This document shows, in pieces, positions 26,696-34,682 of a stretch of DNA of 37,498 nucleotides; within the stretch, counting starts at the first letter, position 1, and the number at the start of each line of letters is the position of its first letter. The notes beneath the pieces are model-generated. The model ran no database searches. It saw only the letters and a list, made by a program, of their open reading frames with translations, and was not told the origin of the DNA. The translations under genes were made by a program, and so were the position numbers. This DNA comes from a virus (Duplodnaviria > Caudoviricetes). The stretch is from IMG/VR virus record IMGVR_UViG_3300006872_000008, positions 1 to 37,498 of that record, one strand, 5' to 3'.

Positions 26696-28687
26696 TTAGG
26701 CCAGCGAGGGGCTGGTGGCCCCGAGCAGCGGCCCGACCTCCGCGTCCAGCGACGAGCCCGCCGCGCCCGAGCGCGCGCGGAGCGACGCGAGGATCTGGGC
26801 GAGCAGGTCGTTCGTCGGGATCAGCGCCTGCTCGAGCGACTCGCCCACCTGGAAGATCGGAATCGAGGTCGGCCCGGCGACCACGCCGCGCGTGGCGCGC
26901 ACATCCTGCACGGCGCTCGAGCGCGCGAGGTTGTTTCGCACCTTCGCGTTGTTGTCCTGCAGCGCACCGGCGACGAGCGCGAGCCCGGCGCCGAGCGCCG
27001 CTCCGAAGCCCGCGGTGCCGGTGCCCGAGCCGCCGGCGCCCGAGAGCGAGCCCGCGGCCCCCGAGAGCAGATCGCCCAGCTGCGTCGAGAGCGAATCGAT
27101 CACGCTCGAGAGCGCGTTGTGCAGCAGGTCCGCCGAGATCGACGAGAGGATCTCGCCGAAGTCGACCGCCTCGCCCTCGAGGATGCTCTGCAGGACGTCG
27201 TGCATCCCGCCGCCGAGGATTTGGCCGATGTCCTCGCCGAGCGCGCGGAAGCGCTCCTGGTCCTTCGCGAGGTCGTCGAACGCCTTGCCGACCTCGTCGA
27301 CGGCCGCCTGCGCGGACGCCCTCGTGGCGTCGTCCAGCTCGGGCTCGAGTTGCCCGATGTCGAATGGCGCCAGCTCGAGCGAGCGCGCGTCCTCCTGCTC
27401 TTTCAGGACGCCCGCGATCTGGCGCTCGAGTGCGAGCCGCGCCTCGGTGAGCCCGAGCAGCCCGTCGGCGCCGGCGAGCGCCGCGAGCGCCTCCATCTCC
27501 TTCTGCTGCTCCTGCAGCGCGCGGAGCTTCGCGGCGAGCGGGTCGGTCTCCGCCAGCTCCGACTGGATCACCGCATCGGTGAGCCCGCGCAGCTTGTCGA
27601 GCGCGGCCGCCTGCTCCTCGATCGCCTTCTTGGCGTTCTCGCGCGACGTCTCGAGCTGAGCGGCGGCCTCCAGCTCGGCGGCCGAGGCGCGCGCCTTGTC
27701 CTCGGCCTGCTTCGCCTCGGCGCGCCCGAGCCGCTCGCGCTCGGCCAGCTCGGCCTTGATCAGCTCGATCTTCTCGCGCACCTCGTTGATGGAGCCCGAC
27801 ACCTGCCCGAACGGGGTGTCCTCGAGGCGGGTCAGCTCCGCGCGCAGCGCCCCGAGCTGCTTCTGCAGGCCCTCGGTCGATTGCGAGCCCACGTCCCGGA
27901 ATTGCTCGAAGAACTCGCCCCAGAACCGCGCGGCGACGGCGACCGCCTCCGCGATCTCGATGAAGATCGGGCCGAGGGAGGCGAGCGTCTTGGTGAACTG
28001 CGTGTCGAGGACCGACTTCTGGCGCTCCCATTCGTCCGCCAGCTCGGCCGCCGCCTTGACCGTGTTCTCGTCGATCACCTGCCCGAGCGCGCGCGCCCGC
28101 TCGCGCGCGACGCCCAGCGCCTCCGAGCCCTGGCTGAGCGCGTTCACCAGCTCCGCGGAGCCGCGGCCGAGCAGCTGCGTGCTCGCCTGCAGCTTCAGCG
28201 CGGTCGAATCGGTGCGGGCGAAGCCATCCGCAAGCCGAGCGAGCAGATCCTCGGTCCCGAGGTTCTTCAGGTCGTCGAGCGAGATCCCGAGCCGCTGGAA
28301 GGTGTCGATCGCCTCCTGGTTTCCCGTCGAGGCCCGCGCGATCGCGCGCTGGAAGAATTGCAGCGCGCCGGTGGTCTGCTCGGCCGAGACGCCGAACTCC
28401 TGGAACACCGCCCGGAATTCCTGCAGCGGCTCGATGCCGACGCCCACTCGCTCCGAGGCTTCCGCGAGCGAGTCCAGTGTGTTCAGGGCGCGCGAGGTGC
28501 CGGCCGCGAGGCCGGCGAGCGCGACCGTCGCGGCCGTGAAGCCGACCGCTGCGACGTTCACCGCCTTGGAAAGCGCCGACACCTTCGTGGCCGACGTCGT
28601 CGCCGCGTTCCCCACCTGCTCGAGGCGGGCGACCACCTTCCCACCGCCGACCTCGTCGATGACGATCCGCGCGAACTCAGTCACCAC
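26696..28687 (-). CDS. Tail tape measure protein
   Basis: Ala/Glu/Leu-rich helical protein; LAEASERVGVGIEPLQEF, AIDTFQRLGIS, QLLGRGSAELVNAL, ARALGQVID motifs; position after chaperones. Confidence 0.9.
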   Translation of the reverse strand: MVTEFARIVIDEVGGGKVVARLEQVGNAATTSATKVSALSKAVNVAAVGFTAATVALAGLAAGTSRALNTLDSLAEASERVGVGIEPLQEFRAVFQEFGVSAEQTTGALQFFQRAIARASTGNQEAIDTFQRLGISLDDLKNLGTEDLLARLADGFARTDSTALKLQASTQLLGRGSAELVNALSQGSEALGVARERARALGQVIDENTVKAAAELADEWERQKSVLDTQFTKTLASLGPIFIEIAEAVAVAARFWGEFFEQFRDVGSQSTEGLQKQLGALRAELTRLEDTPFGQVSGSINEVREKIELIKAELAERERLGRAEAKQAEDKARASAAELEAAAQLETSRENAKKAIEEQAAALDKLRGLTDAVIQSELAETDPLAAKLRALQEQQKEMEALAALAGADGLLGLTEARLALERQIAGVLKEQEDARSLELAPFDIGQLEPELDDATRASAQAAVDEVGKAFDDLAKDQERFRALGEDIGQILGGGMHDVLQSILEGEAVDFGEILSSISADLLHNALSSVIDSLSTQLGDLLSGAAGSLSGAGGSGTGTAGFGAALGAGLALVAGALQDNNAKVRNNLARSSAVQDVRATRGVVAGPTSIPIFQVGESLEQALIPTNDLLAQILASLRARSGAAGSSLDAEVGPLLGATSPSLA

Positions 28688-29105
28688 GGGTCAGCCCCCC
28701 CTGCTCGCGCGCGCGCGTGGCCTTCTCGAGCCCTCGCTCGACGGCGGCCTCGACGAAACCCGCCGGCGCCTGGCTCGACCATCCTGCGTTGAGCCGCCGG
28801 ATGTAGGGCAGCCGGTTCACGATGAACATCTGCTGCCCGAGCCGGAACTGACGGGCCACGTTCGCGATGCGCGCGACCGTCGCCCGGCCCGTGGGATCGG
28901 CGAGCGACGTCGCCTCGCTCACGGGCACGCGGAGCGACGGCCGCCAGTTGCCCCGGGCGAGCCCCGTGTCCACCGGCGTGGCCGGCACCAGCTCCTCGCC
29001 GATCGCCGCGCCGACGTCGGCGACGTAGCGCTCAAGCCCCCGCTCGATCGTCCGGGTCACCTTCGCCATCCGCCGGCCCAGCGTTCGGAAGTCCTGGATC
29101 GCCAT
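28677..29105 (-). CDS. HK97 gp10-like tail completion / neck protein
   Basis: ATPVDTGLARGNW...IVNRLPYIRRLNAGWSSQAPAGFVE. Confidence 0.85.
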   Translation of the reverse strand: MAIQDFRTLGRRMAKVTRTIERGLERYVADVGAAIGEELVPATPVDTGLARGNWRPSLRVPVSEATSLADPTGRATVARIANVARQFRLGQQMFIVNRLPYIRRLNAGWSSQAPAGFVEAAVERGLEKATRAREQGGLTRGD

Positions 29106-29493
29106 CGTCCGCCTCCGGCGGCAGCTCGGGCCACGCCTCGCCGTTGTCGGCGTAGCGGGCATCGAGCCCCCAGCTGGCGGGATTCTCCGCGACCTGACGG
29201 ATCGCGTCGAGCTTCTCCGGGTTCGCGACGAGCCACTGCTCCCATTCGCGGAGCCCGAAGCCGGCGAACGCCGGCGTGGGCGAGCCGATGATCACCGACT
29301 CGGCGTAGATCTGGGCGAGCAGCCGGCGCGCGGTCTCGTCGGAGAGCTTCCCCGACTGCGCGGCGAAGTGGTAAGGCCGCAGCACCAGCTCGACCATCTG
29401 GCGAAAAAGCCGGTTCACGAGCCCGAGCGCGGGCCGCACGTCGATCTCGAAGCCGCTCGCCTCGAACGCGAGCCGGCGCACCTTGTTACTCAT
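29032..29493 (-). CDS. Second tail-assembly-chaperone-like protein
   Basis: MSNKVRR...RPYHFAAQSGKLSDETARRLLAQIYAESVIIG...LVANPEKLDAIRQVAEN; GGAGGG RBS; the acidic tail overlaps the next gene. Confidence 0.55.
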   Translation of the reverse strand: MSNKVRRLAFEASGFEIDVRPALGLVNRLFRQMVELVLRPYHFAAQSGKLSDETARRLLAQIYAESVIIGSPTPAFAGFGLREWEQWLVANPEKLDAIRQVAENPASWGLDARYADNGEAWPELPPEADDGDPGLPNAGPADGEGDPDDRAGA

Positions 29494-29887
29494 CGCCACC
29501 GCCCTCCAGGAGTTGCGCGCGGATCCGGGCCCGCATCTGGCCGAAGTAGTCCGGCGCCGGAACGTCCTCGTCCGGGTCGAGCCCGGCCGTGAGCGCCGCA
29601 TGCAGGCGGTTCATCGCGTCCTTTGATCCGAACGCCTGCGCGATCGCTGTGAGCGTGCCGTTCGCCCCGAGCATCGCCTCGCGCGCGAACGCCGCACGCT
29701 CGACGCGGAGGTACGCGAGGAACTGATCGTCGGTGAGCTGCCAGCGCAGCCGTTCCGGCGAGGTGCCCCAGCGCCGCGCGAGGAAGGCGAGCCCCTCTAG
29801 CTCGCCGCGCTCGGCATCGGCGGGGCTTGCGTCCGGGGCGCGCCGCTGACCCCGCGCGCGATGCGCAGCACGCCCGCCAGTTTTCCC
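29486..29887 (-). CDS. Tail assembly chaperone GT extension (-1 frameshift product)
   Basis: No clear RBS/start of its own. The -1 frame is open from G-GGA-AAA (29887-29881) through LAFLARRWGTSPERLRWQLTDDQFLAYL to 29486. Confidence 0.75.
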   Translation of the reverse strand, partial: GKTGGRAAHRARGQRRAPDASPADAERGELEGLAFLARRWGTSPERLRWQLTDDQFLAYLRVERAAFAREAMLGANGTLTAIAQAFGSKDAMNRLHAALTAGLDPDEDVPAPDYFGQMRARIRAQLLEGGGDE

Positions 29888-30231
29888 AGCGCGCCCTTCC
29901 CGTCGGCGCGCACGATGCTCGTCTCCCACACCGCCTGGGCGAGGTCGACGAGATCCTCGGGCCAGAAGAGATCGTCCCACGTGACGCCCTCCGGCAGCTC
30001 GACCGAGGCGCGCACCACGTCCGCGATCTCGGCTTCCGCCAGCTCGAAGAGCGCGCCGAGGGTGGTCGGCAGGCCGCCCTCGCGCTGCTTCTCGATCCGG
30101 TCGAGCAGCGCCGCGACCTTCGGCCGCAGCTCCGCGCGCTGCGCCATCCGCCAGGGACGCACGCGGACCTTCGCCGCGCCGCCCTGCACGGGCACCTCCA
30201 CGCCGATCGCGTGGACAATCGAGTCGGCCAT
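29797..30231 (-). CDS. Tail assembly chaperone (gpG-like)
   Basis: MADSIVHAIGVEVPV...; GAGAGGA RBS; directly after the tail tube gene; contains the slippery heptamer at Gly-Lys. Confidence 0.8.
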   Translation of the reverse strand: MADSIVHAIGVEVPVQGGAAKVRVRPWRMAQRAELRPKVAALLDRIEKQREGGLPTTLGALFELAEAEIADVVRASVELPEGVTWDDLFWPEDLVDLAQAVWETSIVRADGKGALGKLAGVLRIARGVSGAPRTQAPPMPSAAS

Positions 30232-30270
30232 CTCGACGTCCTCTCGAAGCGCGCGCACGGCGCGCCGCTG

Positions 30271-31413
30271 TTAGGCCGCGGCCTCGGCCTCGCTCGAGAC
30301 GCGCAGCGTCCCGAACCGATCCGTGCCGCCGGCGTCGTTGACCACCAGGCGCATGTTGCCCGTGGCGAAGTCCTCGGCCCCGAACGTGAGGTCGTCGTCC
30401 GTGAGCTGCACGGTGATCGAAGGGATGTCCCAGATGAAGTTGATCCCGATGTCCGGGAGGTGGCGAATCTGGGCTTTCCCCTCGAAGCCGGAGGTCTGCG
30501 TGAACGGCTTGATGTCGTTCCCCGCCTTCCGGTTGTAGGTGTAGTCGACGAGAAGCGCCGTCCCGCCGGCCGAGGCTGCGAGCCGGAACGGCGACGCATC
30601 GGCGCCCGCCTTCAGGAACCGGATGCGCCCCTGCACCGGGTCCACGATGAAGTCGGTCGGCGCCACGATGTCGCCCGCGCCCGTGTTGAACGAGGGCTTG
30701 TAGGTGGCGACGATCGCCGCGCCGTTCGCCGGGATCAGCGACGAGCCGAACGTGATCGCGCCCGAGCCGGTCACGAGCGAGTCCTGCTCGCCGGTCTCGA
30801 TCGCGATCTGGCCGGCCGCCGGCGTGGAGCCCGCGACGAGCACGCCCACGCGCTCGACGCCGCCCACCAGGAAGCTCGTGACGTCGCCGATCGCCTTGAT
30901 CTTCTGGTCGAGCGCGAAGTCGCCCTGGGTGCCGCCGAGCACGCCGTTTCCGGTGCCCACCGCCTCCGAGACGATCTGGGCGAACTCGACCGCGACCGAC
31001 GCCTCGTTCAGGGCGAAGTACGTGAGCCCGAGGAAGGTGTCGAAGGTCTGCGACGCGAGCAGCGTCACGCGGTCGTCGGTGATCGCCTGCGCCGCGTTCG
31101 CCGTGACGGCCGAGAGCGTCGACGAGGCGAGGATGAACTGCATCAGCTCAGCCGTGAACTTCGCCGTGCCGATCTCGAAGGCCGCCTCGAGCCGCGAGAT
31201 GATCTGGCGGTCGACCACCAGCGGGCCGGAGTCGCCGCGCTCGAGCGCCAGCCGCGTGATCTCCTTCGTGAGCGCCGCGCTGCGGAGGATCCCGAGCGAG
31301 ACGGGCGCGAGGAACACGCCCGCGGCGTTCTTCGGCGTCACGATCACTTCGGGGAACCCGAGTAGCAGGTTGCCGCGGGTGATCGTGTCGGCGTTGCGTT
31401 GCGCGATCGGCAT
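30271..31413 (-). CDS. Major tail tube protein
   Basis: AAGGAG RBS; NLLLGFPEV...SLGILRSAALT N-terminus, WDIPSITV...LTFGAEDFATG C-terminus; position between terminator and chaperones. Confidence 0.82.
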   Translation of the reverse strand: MPIAQRNADTITRGNLLLGFPEVIVTPKNAAGVFLAPVSLGILRSAALTKEITRLALERGDSGPLVVDRQIISRLEAAFEIGTAKFTAELMQFILASSTLSAVTANAAQAITDDRVTLLASQTFDTFLGLTYFALNEASVAVEFAQIVSEAVGTGNGVLGGTQGDFALDQKIKAIGDVTSFLVGGVERVGVLVAGSTPAAGQIAIETGEQDSLVTGSGAITFGSSLIPANGAAIVATYKPSFNTGAGDIVAPTDFIVDPVQGRIRFLKAGADASPFRLAASAGGTALLVDYTYNRKAGNDIKPFTQTSGFEGKAQIRHLPDIGINFIWDIPSITVQLTDDDLTFGAEDFATGNMRLVVNDAGGTDRFGTLRVSSEAEAAA

Positions 31414-31431
31414 GACGCGTTCTCCTTGGGG

Positions 31432-31875
31432 CTACAGGCTATCGCGGTTCGGCCACCAGACGAAGTCCGCGACGGCGTTGACTTGATACCAACCTCCGAG
31501 CGTCGCGCCGATCTCCTCGAGCGGCCCGATGTTTCGGAAGAGGACGTCGGCCACGTCCTGGCGCTCGAACCATTCGAGCGCCTTGTCGGCGAGCTGGTAG
31601 GCGAGCGAGGTGCCGGAGTTGATGCGCACGTACACCTCGACGCCGAAGGCGCCGCCCGCTTCGAACACGCCGCGGCTCGAGACGCTGCTCGCGACGAGCG
31701 CGCGCGGCTTGTTGCCCTGCATCACCGGCCGCACGTAGGCCGCCGCATCGGCGACCCCGAGCGAGGCGGGGTCGAAGATCTCGTTCGGCTTCGCCACCGG
31801 CGTGGTCGCGCCCCAGAACGTGGTGAAGCCCGCGACGAGCTTGTCGCGCAGGGCCGTCGTGTCCCGCGTGCTCAC
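31432..31875 (-). CDS. Tail terminator protein (DUF4128-like)
   Basis: TPVAKPNEIFDP...YVRP...GAFGVEVYVRINSGTSLAYQLAD...GWYQVNAVADF; GTG overlaps the upstream stop. Confidence 0.75.
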   Translation of the reverse strand: MSTRDTTALRDKLVAGFTTFWGATTPVAKPNEIFDPASLGVADAAAYVRPVMQGNKPRALVASSVSSRGVFEAGGAFGVEVYVRINSGTSLAYQLADKALEWFERQDVADVLFRNIGPLEEIGATLGGWYQVNAVADFVWWPNRDSL

Positions 31876-32237
31876 AGGAACGCCTCCGCGCGGTACACCA
31901 GCTCGGTGCCGCCCGGCTTTACGAGCGCCACGCTCTCGAACGCGTAGCGCTCGGTCCCGTCCTCGATCCACCAGTCGGTGCCGATCTTCTCGGGGAACGC
32001 GGCCGCGGGCGTGAAGAACACCGTGTAGCGCCGGCGCTCGACCGCGAGAGGCTCGCGGAACTGACCGGCCGTGGGGGCGCGCGTTCGGTCTGGCGCCACG
32101 AACACGGCGGTGACGGTGAGCGCCTGGGCCGGGCTCGCGCCCTTCACGCCGCGCTTCAGCGAGACGGCGCGCCCGAAGCGCGAGATCAGGCTGACCGCGG
32201 TCGCCTGCAGGCCCGAGTAGTCGAACGGCGCGCTCAC
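31872..32237 (-). CDS. Head closure / head-tail joining protein
   Basis: FDYSGLQATAVSLISRFGRAVSLKR...VKPGGTELVY; GGAGG RBS before GTG. Confidence 0.75.
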   Translation of the reverse strand: MSAPFDYSGLQATAVSLISRFGRAVSLKRGVKGASPAQALTVTAVFVAPDRTRAPTAGQFREPLAVERRRYTVFFTPAAAFPEKIGTDWWIEDGTERYAFESVALVKPGGTELVYRAEAFL

Positions 32238-32254
32238 GAGACGCCTCCGAAGCA

Positions 32255-32359
32255 CCGGGACCGGGCCGAGGTTCGCTGGGCGCCGCTGGCCTCGCTTCCG
32301 TTGGCGCCGGCGTCGCGCGGTGAGCGCGGGCCGCCGTCGAACCCCAGCCCGGATCCCGG
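32255..32359 (-). ncRNA. Putative three-way-junction structured RNA
   Basis: 21-bp closing stem (32255-75/32338-59; one bulge, two G.U pairs on the minus strand) enclosing two hairpins, in a gene-free gap. Confidence 0.5.
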
Positions 32360-32391
32360 AGCACCGGCGAGCCGCACCACGCGCGGCCCCT

Positions 32392-32649
32392 TCAGCTCTC
32401 GTGTAGCAGGTGCACCGCGATCGCGGACGTCACGTCGATCGACTTCACCCGCAGCGGATAGAGCACGCCCGCGAGCAGCACGAACGTGCGGTTCGCCGTG
32501 TCGGCCTCGAGCTGGGCGACGAAGTTCCCGCCCGTCGTCGGGATCACTCCGATGACGCCAGTGAGGCCGCTCTGCGCAGTGGTCGCCGCGACCGGGGTCG
32601 AGCGCCGGGCCGGGCCCTGCGCCTTGATCAGCTTGGCGGGCGAGCCCAT
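32392..32649 (-). CDS. Small hypothetical virion-associated protein
   Basis: MGSPAKLIKAQGPARRS...AGVLYPLRVKSI; TGATG coupling. Confidence 0.65.
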   Translation of the reverse strand: MGSPAKLIKAQGPARRSTPVAATTAQSGLTGVIGVIPTTGGNFVAQLEADTANRTFVLLAGVLYPLRVKSIDVTSAIAVHLLHES

Positions 32650-33179
32650 CAGCGCTTCCGCTTCTTGGGCGCCGGCGCTTCCGCGACGGGCTCGGTCGGC
32701 GCCTCGGCCGCCGGCTCGTCGTCCCCGAGCGGCGCGTAGCCCTCGGACCCGTCCGGCGCCGGGACTTCCGCATCACCAGCGGGTGCCGTGGCTTCCGGCT
32801 CGGGCGGCGCGGGAGGCGGATCGGCGACCACCTCCGAGACGACGTCGGGCGGCGCGGCGGCCTCCATCTCGGCGACCTCGCGCGCGAGCGCGTCCAGCTC
32901 GCGCAGGTCGCGCAGCCGCATCGTCGAAACGACGCCGCCCTTCTCCGCGTAGCCCCCGATGACCTTGGCGGCCCACGGGTCGCCCTCGAGCGCGATCTGC
33001 TGCCGCGCATAGAGGCTGCGCGCGTGGAACTCGCGCAGGCAGTGCTCGAGGAACACGGTGCCCGGGAGCACGCGCACCGCGCCGAAGCGCACGGGCGTGA
33101 CCGCGACGTAGGCGCGCCGGCGCATGAAGCGCTGGCGGACGTAGCGGCGGTGCGCCTGGACGGGCTGAGCTTCGGCCAT
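32649..33179 (-). CDS. Hypothetical protein after major capsid (basic N-domain, acidic Pro/Ala tail)
   Basis: GAGGG RBS; YVAVTPVRFGAVRVLPG...; ends APKKRKR. Confidence 0.7.
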   Translation of the reverse strand: MAEAQPVQAHRRYVRQRFMRRRAYVAVTPVRFGAVRVLPGTVFLEHCLREFHARSLYARQQIALEGDPWAAKVIGGYAEKGGVVSTMRLRDLRELDALAREVAEMEAAAPPDVVSEVVADPPPAPPEPEATAPAGDAEVPAPDGSEGYAPLGDDEPAAEAPTEPVAEAPAPKKRKR

Positions 33180-33197
33180 GCTGCCCTCGATTGCGCC

Positions 33198-33238
33198 GAG
33201 CCCAAGCCCGGGCGGAGACGATCCGCCCGGGCGGGCTC
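33198..33238 (-). terminator. Strong hairpin after the major capsid gene (terminator or stabiliser)
   Basis: GAGCCC(AA)GCCCGGGCGGA-GACGA-TCCGCCCGGGC-GGGCTC: 17 bp with a 2-nt bulge; no clear U tract. Confidence 0.55.
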
Positions 33239-33247
33239 AGCTCAGCG

Positions 33248-34219
33248 CTACGGCTGGCTGACGGTCGTGAAGAGGTAGCCGAGGGACGGGGCGACGACCT
33301 TGTAGTCGAACGCCATGTCCACCTCGACGCGATCGCTCTCGAGGTGCGGCATGCGGAACTTCTTCGTCCGCTGGCCCGACGGCGTCGCGCCGACGTAGCC
33401 GCGCCACGAGAACTGGATCCCGGCCGTGACCGTGCCGATCGCGACCGTGCGCGGCGCGTAGTAGAGCAGCGCGTTGTCCGGCGCGATGAAGTCGATCGCG
33501 TCGGTGGCCCCTTCGAGCGCGCTGTTCTGCACGCTCTCCATGACGTTGATCTCGTCGACCTCGAGCAGGGCCGCGAGCAGCGCCTTGTTCACCTTCGCGG
33601 GAGCGCTCTGGGTGGCGCCGCCGCTGATGCGCGCGATCACGGAGTCGTTCTCCATGAGCGTGTCGAAGCCGCGCCGCGCGATCGTGAAGCGGTTCGGCCG
33701 GTAGCCGGTGCGGCCCTGGATGATGCGGGCCGCCTGGCGGATGTCGTTGATCGGATCGCTCGCCGCAGCGCTCCAGTCGACGTTCTGATCCGACGCGGTC
33801 CACACGCCGGTCGCCATGTAGGTCGCGGCGAAGAGCGCCTCGCGCTCGATCAGGAGCTGCTGCGTCACGAACTCGGCCGCGTCGCGGTCGAGGTCGATGC
33901 CCTCGTCCTGGTTCGCGCGCTGGCGATCCGAGACGTCCTTGTGGAGCGCGCGGACCACCGCCGAGTAGGTGCCCGTGCTCATCTTCCAGGACACGCCGGC
34001 CGACTCGGCGCCGTCGGCACGGATCACGCCCGCGCCGGGCCGCCGCAGCCAATCGCCGATGTTGTACTTGTAGTACTGGTCGAACTGGAACTGCACCGGC
34101 ACGTTGGGCATCGCGCCCATCCCGACGAACACCCCGTTGTCCAGGATGAACTTCTCGGAGAACTGCGTGATCGGGCGGCTGACGTGCACGTCGCCAGCTT
34201 GCGGATTGGTCGCGGGCAT
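33248..34219 (-). CDS. Major capsid protein (HK97 fold)
   Basis: GDVHVSRPITQFS...PNVPV...YYKY...W SAAASDPINDI...TGYRPN...ALLYYAP...VVAPSLGYLFTTV; AGGAGGGG RBS. Confidence 0.9.
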   Translation of the reverse strand: MPATNPQAGDVHVSRPITQFSEKFILDNGVFVGMGAMPNVPVQFQFDQYYKYNIGDWLRRPGAGVIRADGAESAGVSWKMSTGTYSAVVRALHKDVSDRQRANQDEGIDLDRDAAEFVTQQLLIEREALFAATYMATGVWTASDQNVDWSAAASDPINDIRQAARIIQGRTGYRPNRFTIARRGFDTLMENDSVIARISGGATQSAPAKVNKALLAALLEVDEINVMESVQNSALEGATDAIDFIAPDNALLYYAPRTVAIGTVTAGIQFSWRGYVGATPSGQRTKKFRMPHLESDRVEVDMAFDYKVVAPSLGYLFTTVSQP

Positions 34220-34274
34220 CTGCCCCTCCTGATGTCAGCCGCGCGGTGCGGCGACGGTTGACGTTGACGACGAG

Positions 34275-34649
34275 CTAGACGCCGGCCCCCGGCGCGAAGA
34301 GCACCGTGATGAACTGGCCGGCGGCCGAGGCCGCCTCGAGCGCGTTCCCGAGCCGGCGCGCGGTCGCGCCGCCGTGGGTGATCGCGCGGCCCGACGCATC
34401 GGACTCCACCGCATCCCCGATGGTGATCGCGGCGCCCGCTTCCACGCGCACGCGGCACCCGGGCTGGCAGACCACCTCGAGCGCCTCGCCCGCGGCCGCC
34501 GCCGCCGTGATCGAAACGCCCTTCGTGTCGTCGGCCTCGGCCGCGCTCTGAATGGCGCGGCCGGTGTTGTCGATCTTCACGAAGCGCGCCTGCGACACCG
34601 CCGCGCCAGCGAGCAGGGTGATCGGCTTCACGTTGTCGAACAGAGCCAT
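34275..34649 (-). CDS. Capsid decoration / cement protein (DUF2190-like)
   Basis: AGAAVSQARFVKI...VEAGAAITIGDAVESDASGRAI...GNALEAASAAGQFITVL. Confidence 0.85.
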   Translation of the reverse strand: MALFDNVKPITLLAGAAVSQARFVKIDNTGRAIQSAAEADDTKGVSITAAAAAGEALEVVCQPGCRVRVEAGAAITIGDAVESDASGRAITHGGATARRLGNALEAASAAGQFITVLFAPGAGV

Positions 34650-34682
34650 GAAGGTCTCCTCGCGCCCGCAGGCGCATGCGGG

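Noticed and set aside
32255-32359. Identity as SRP RNA or tRNA
   Set aside because: It lacks the SRP helix-8 consensus and has no cloverleaf or T-loop in the right place; kept only as an unassigned structure.
34232-34264. Hairpin between the decoration and capsid genes
   Set aside because: It pairs well only on the non-coding strand; the mRNA strand has two A-C mismatches.
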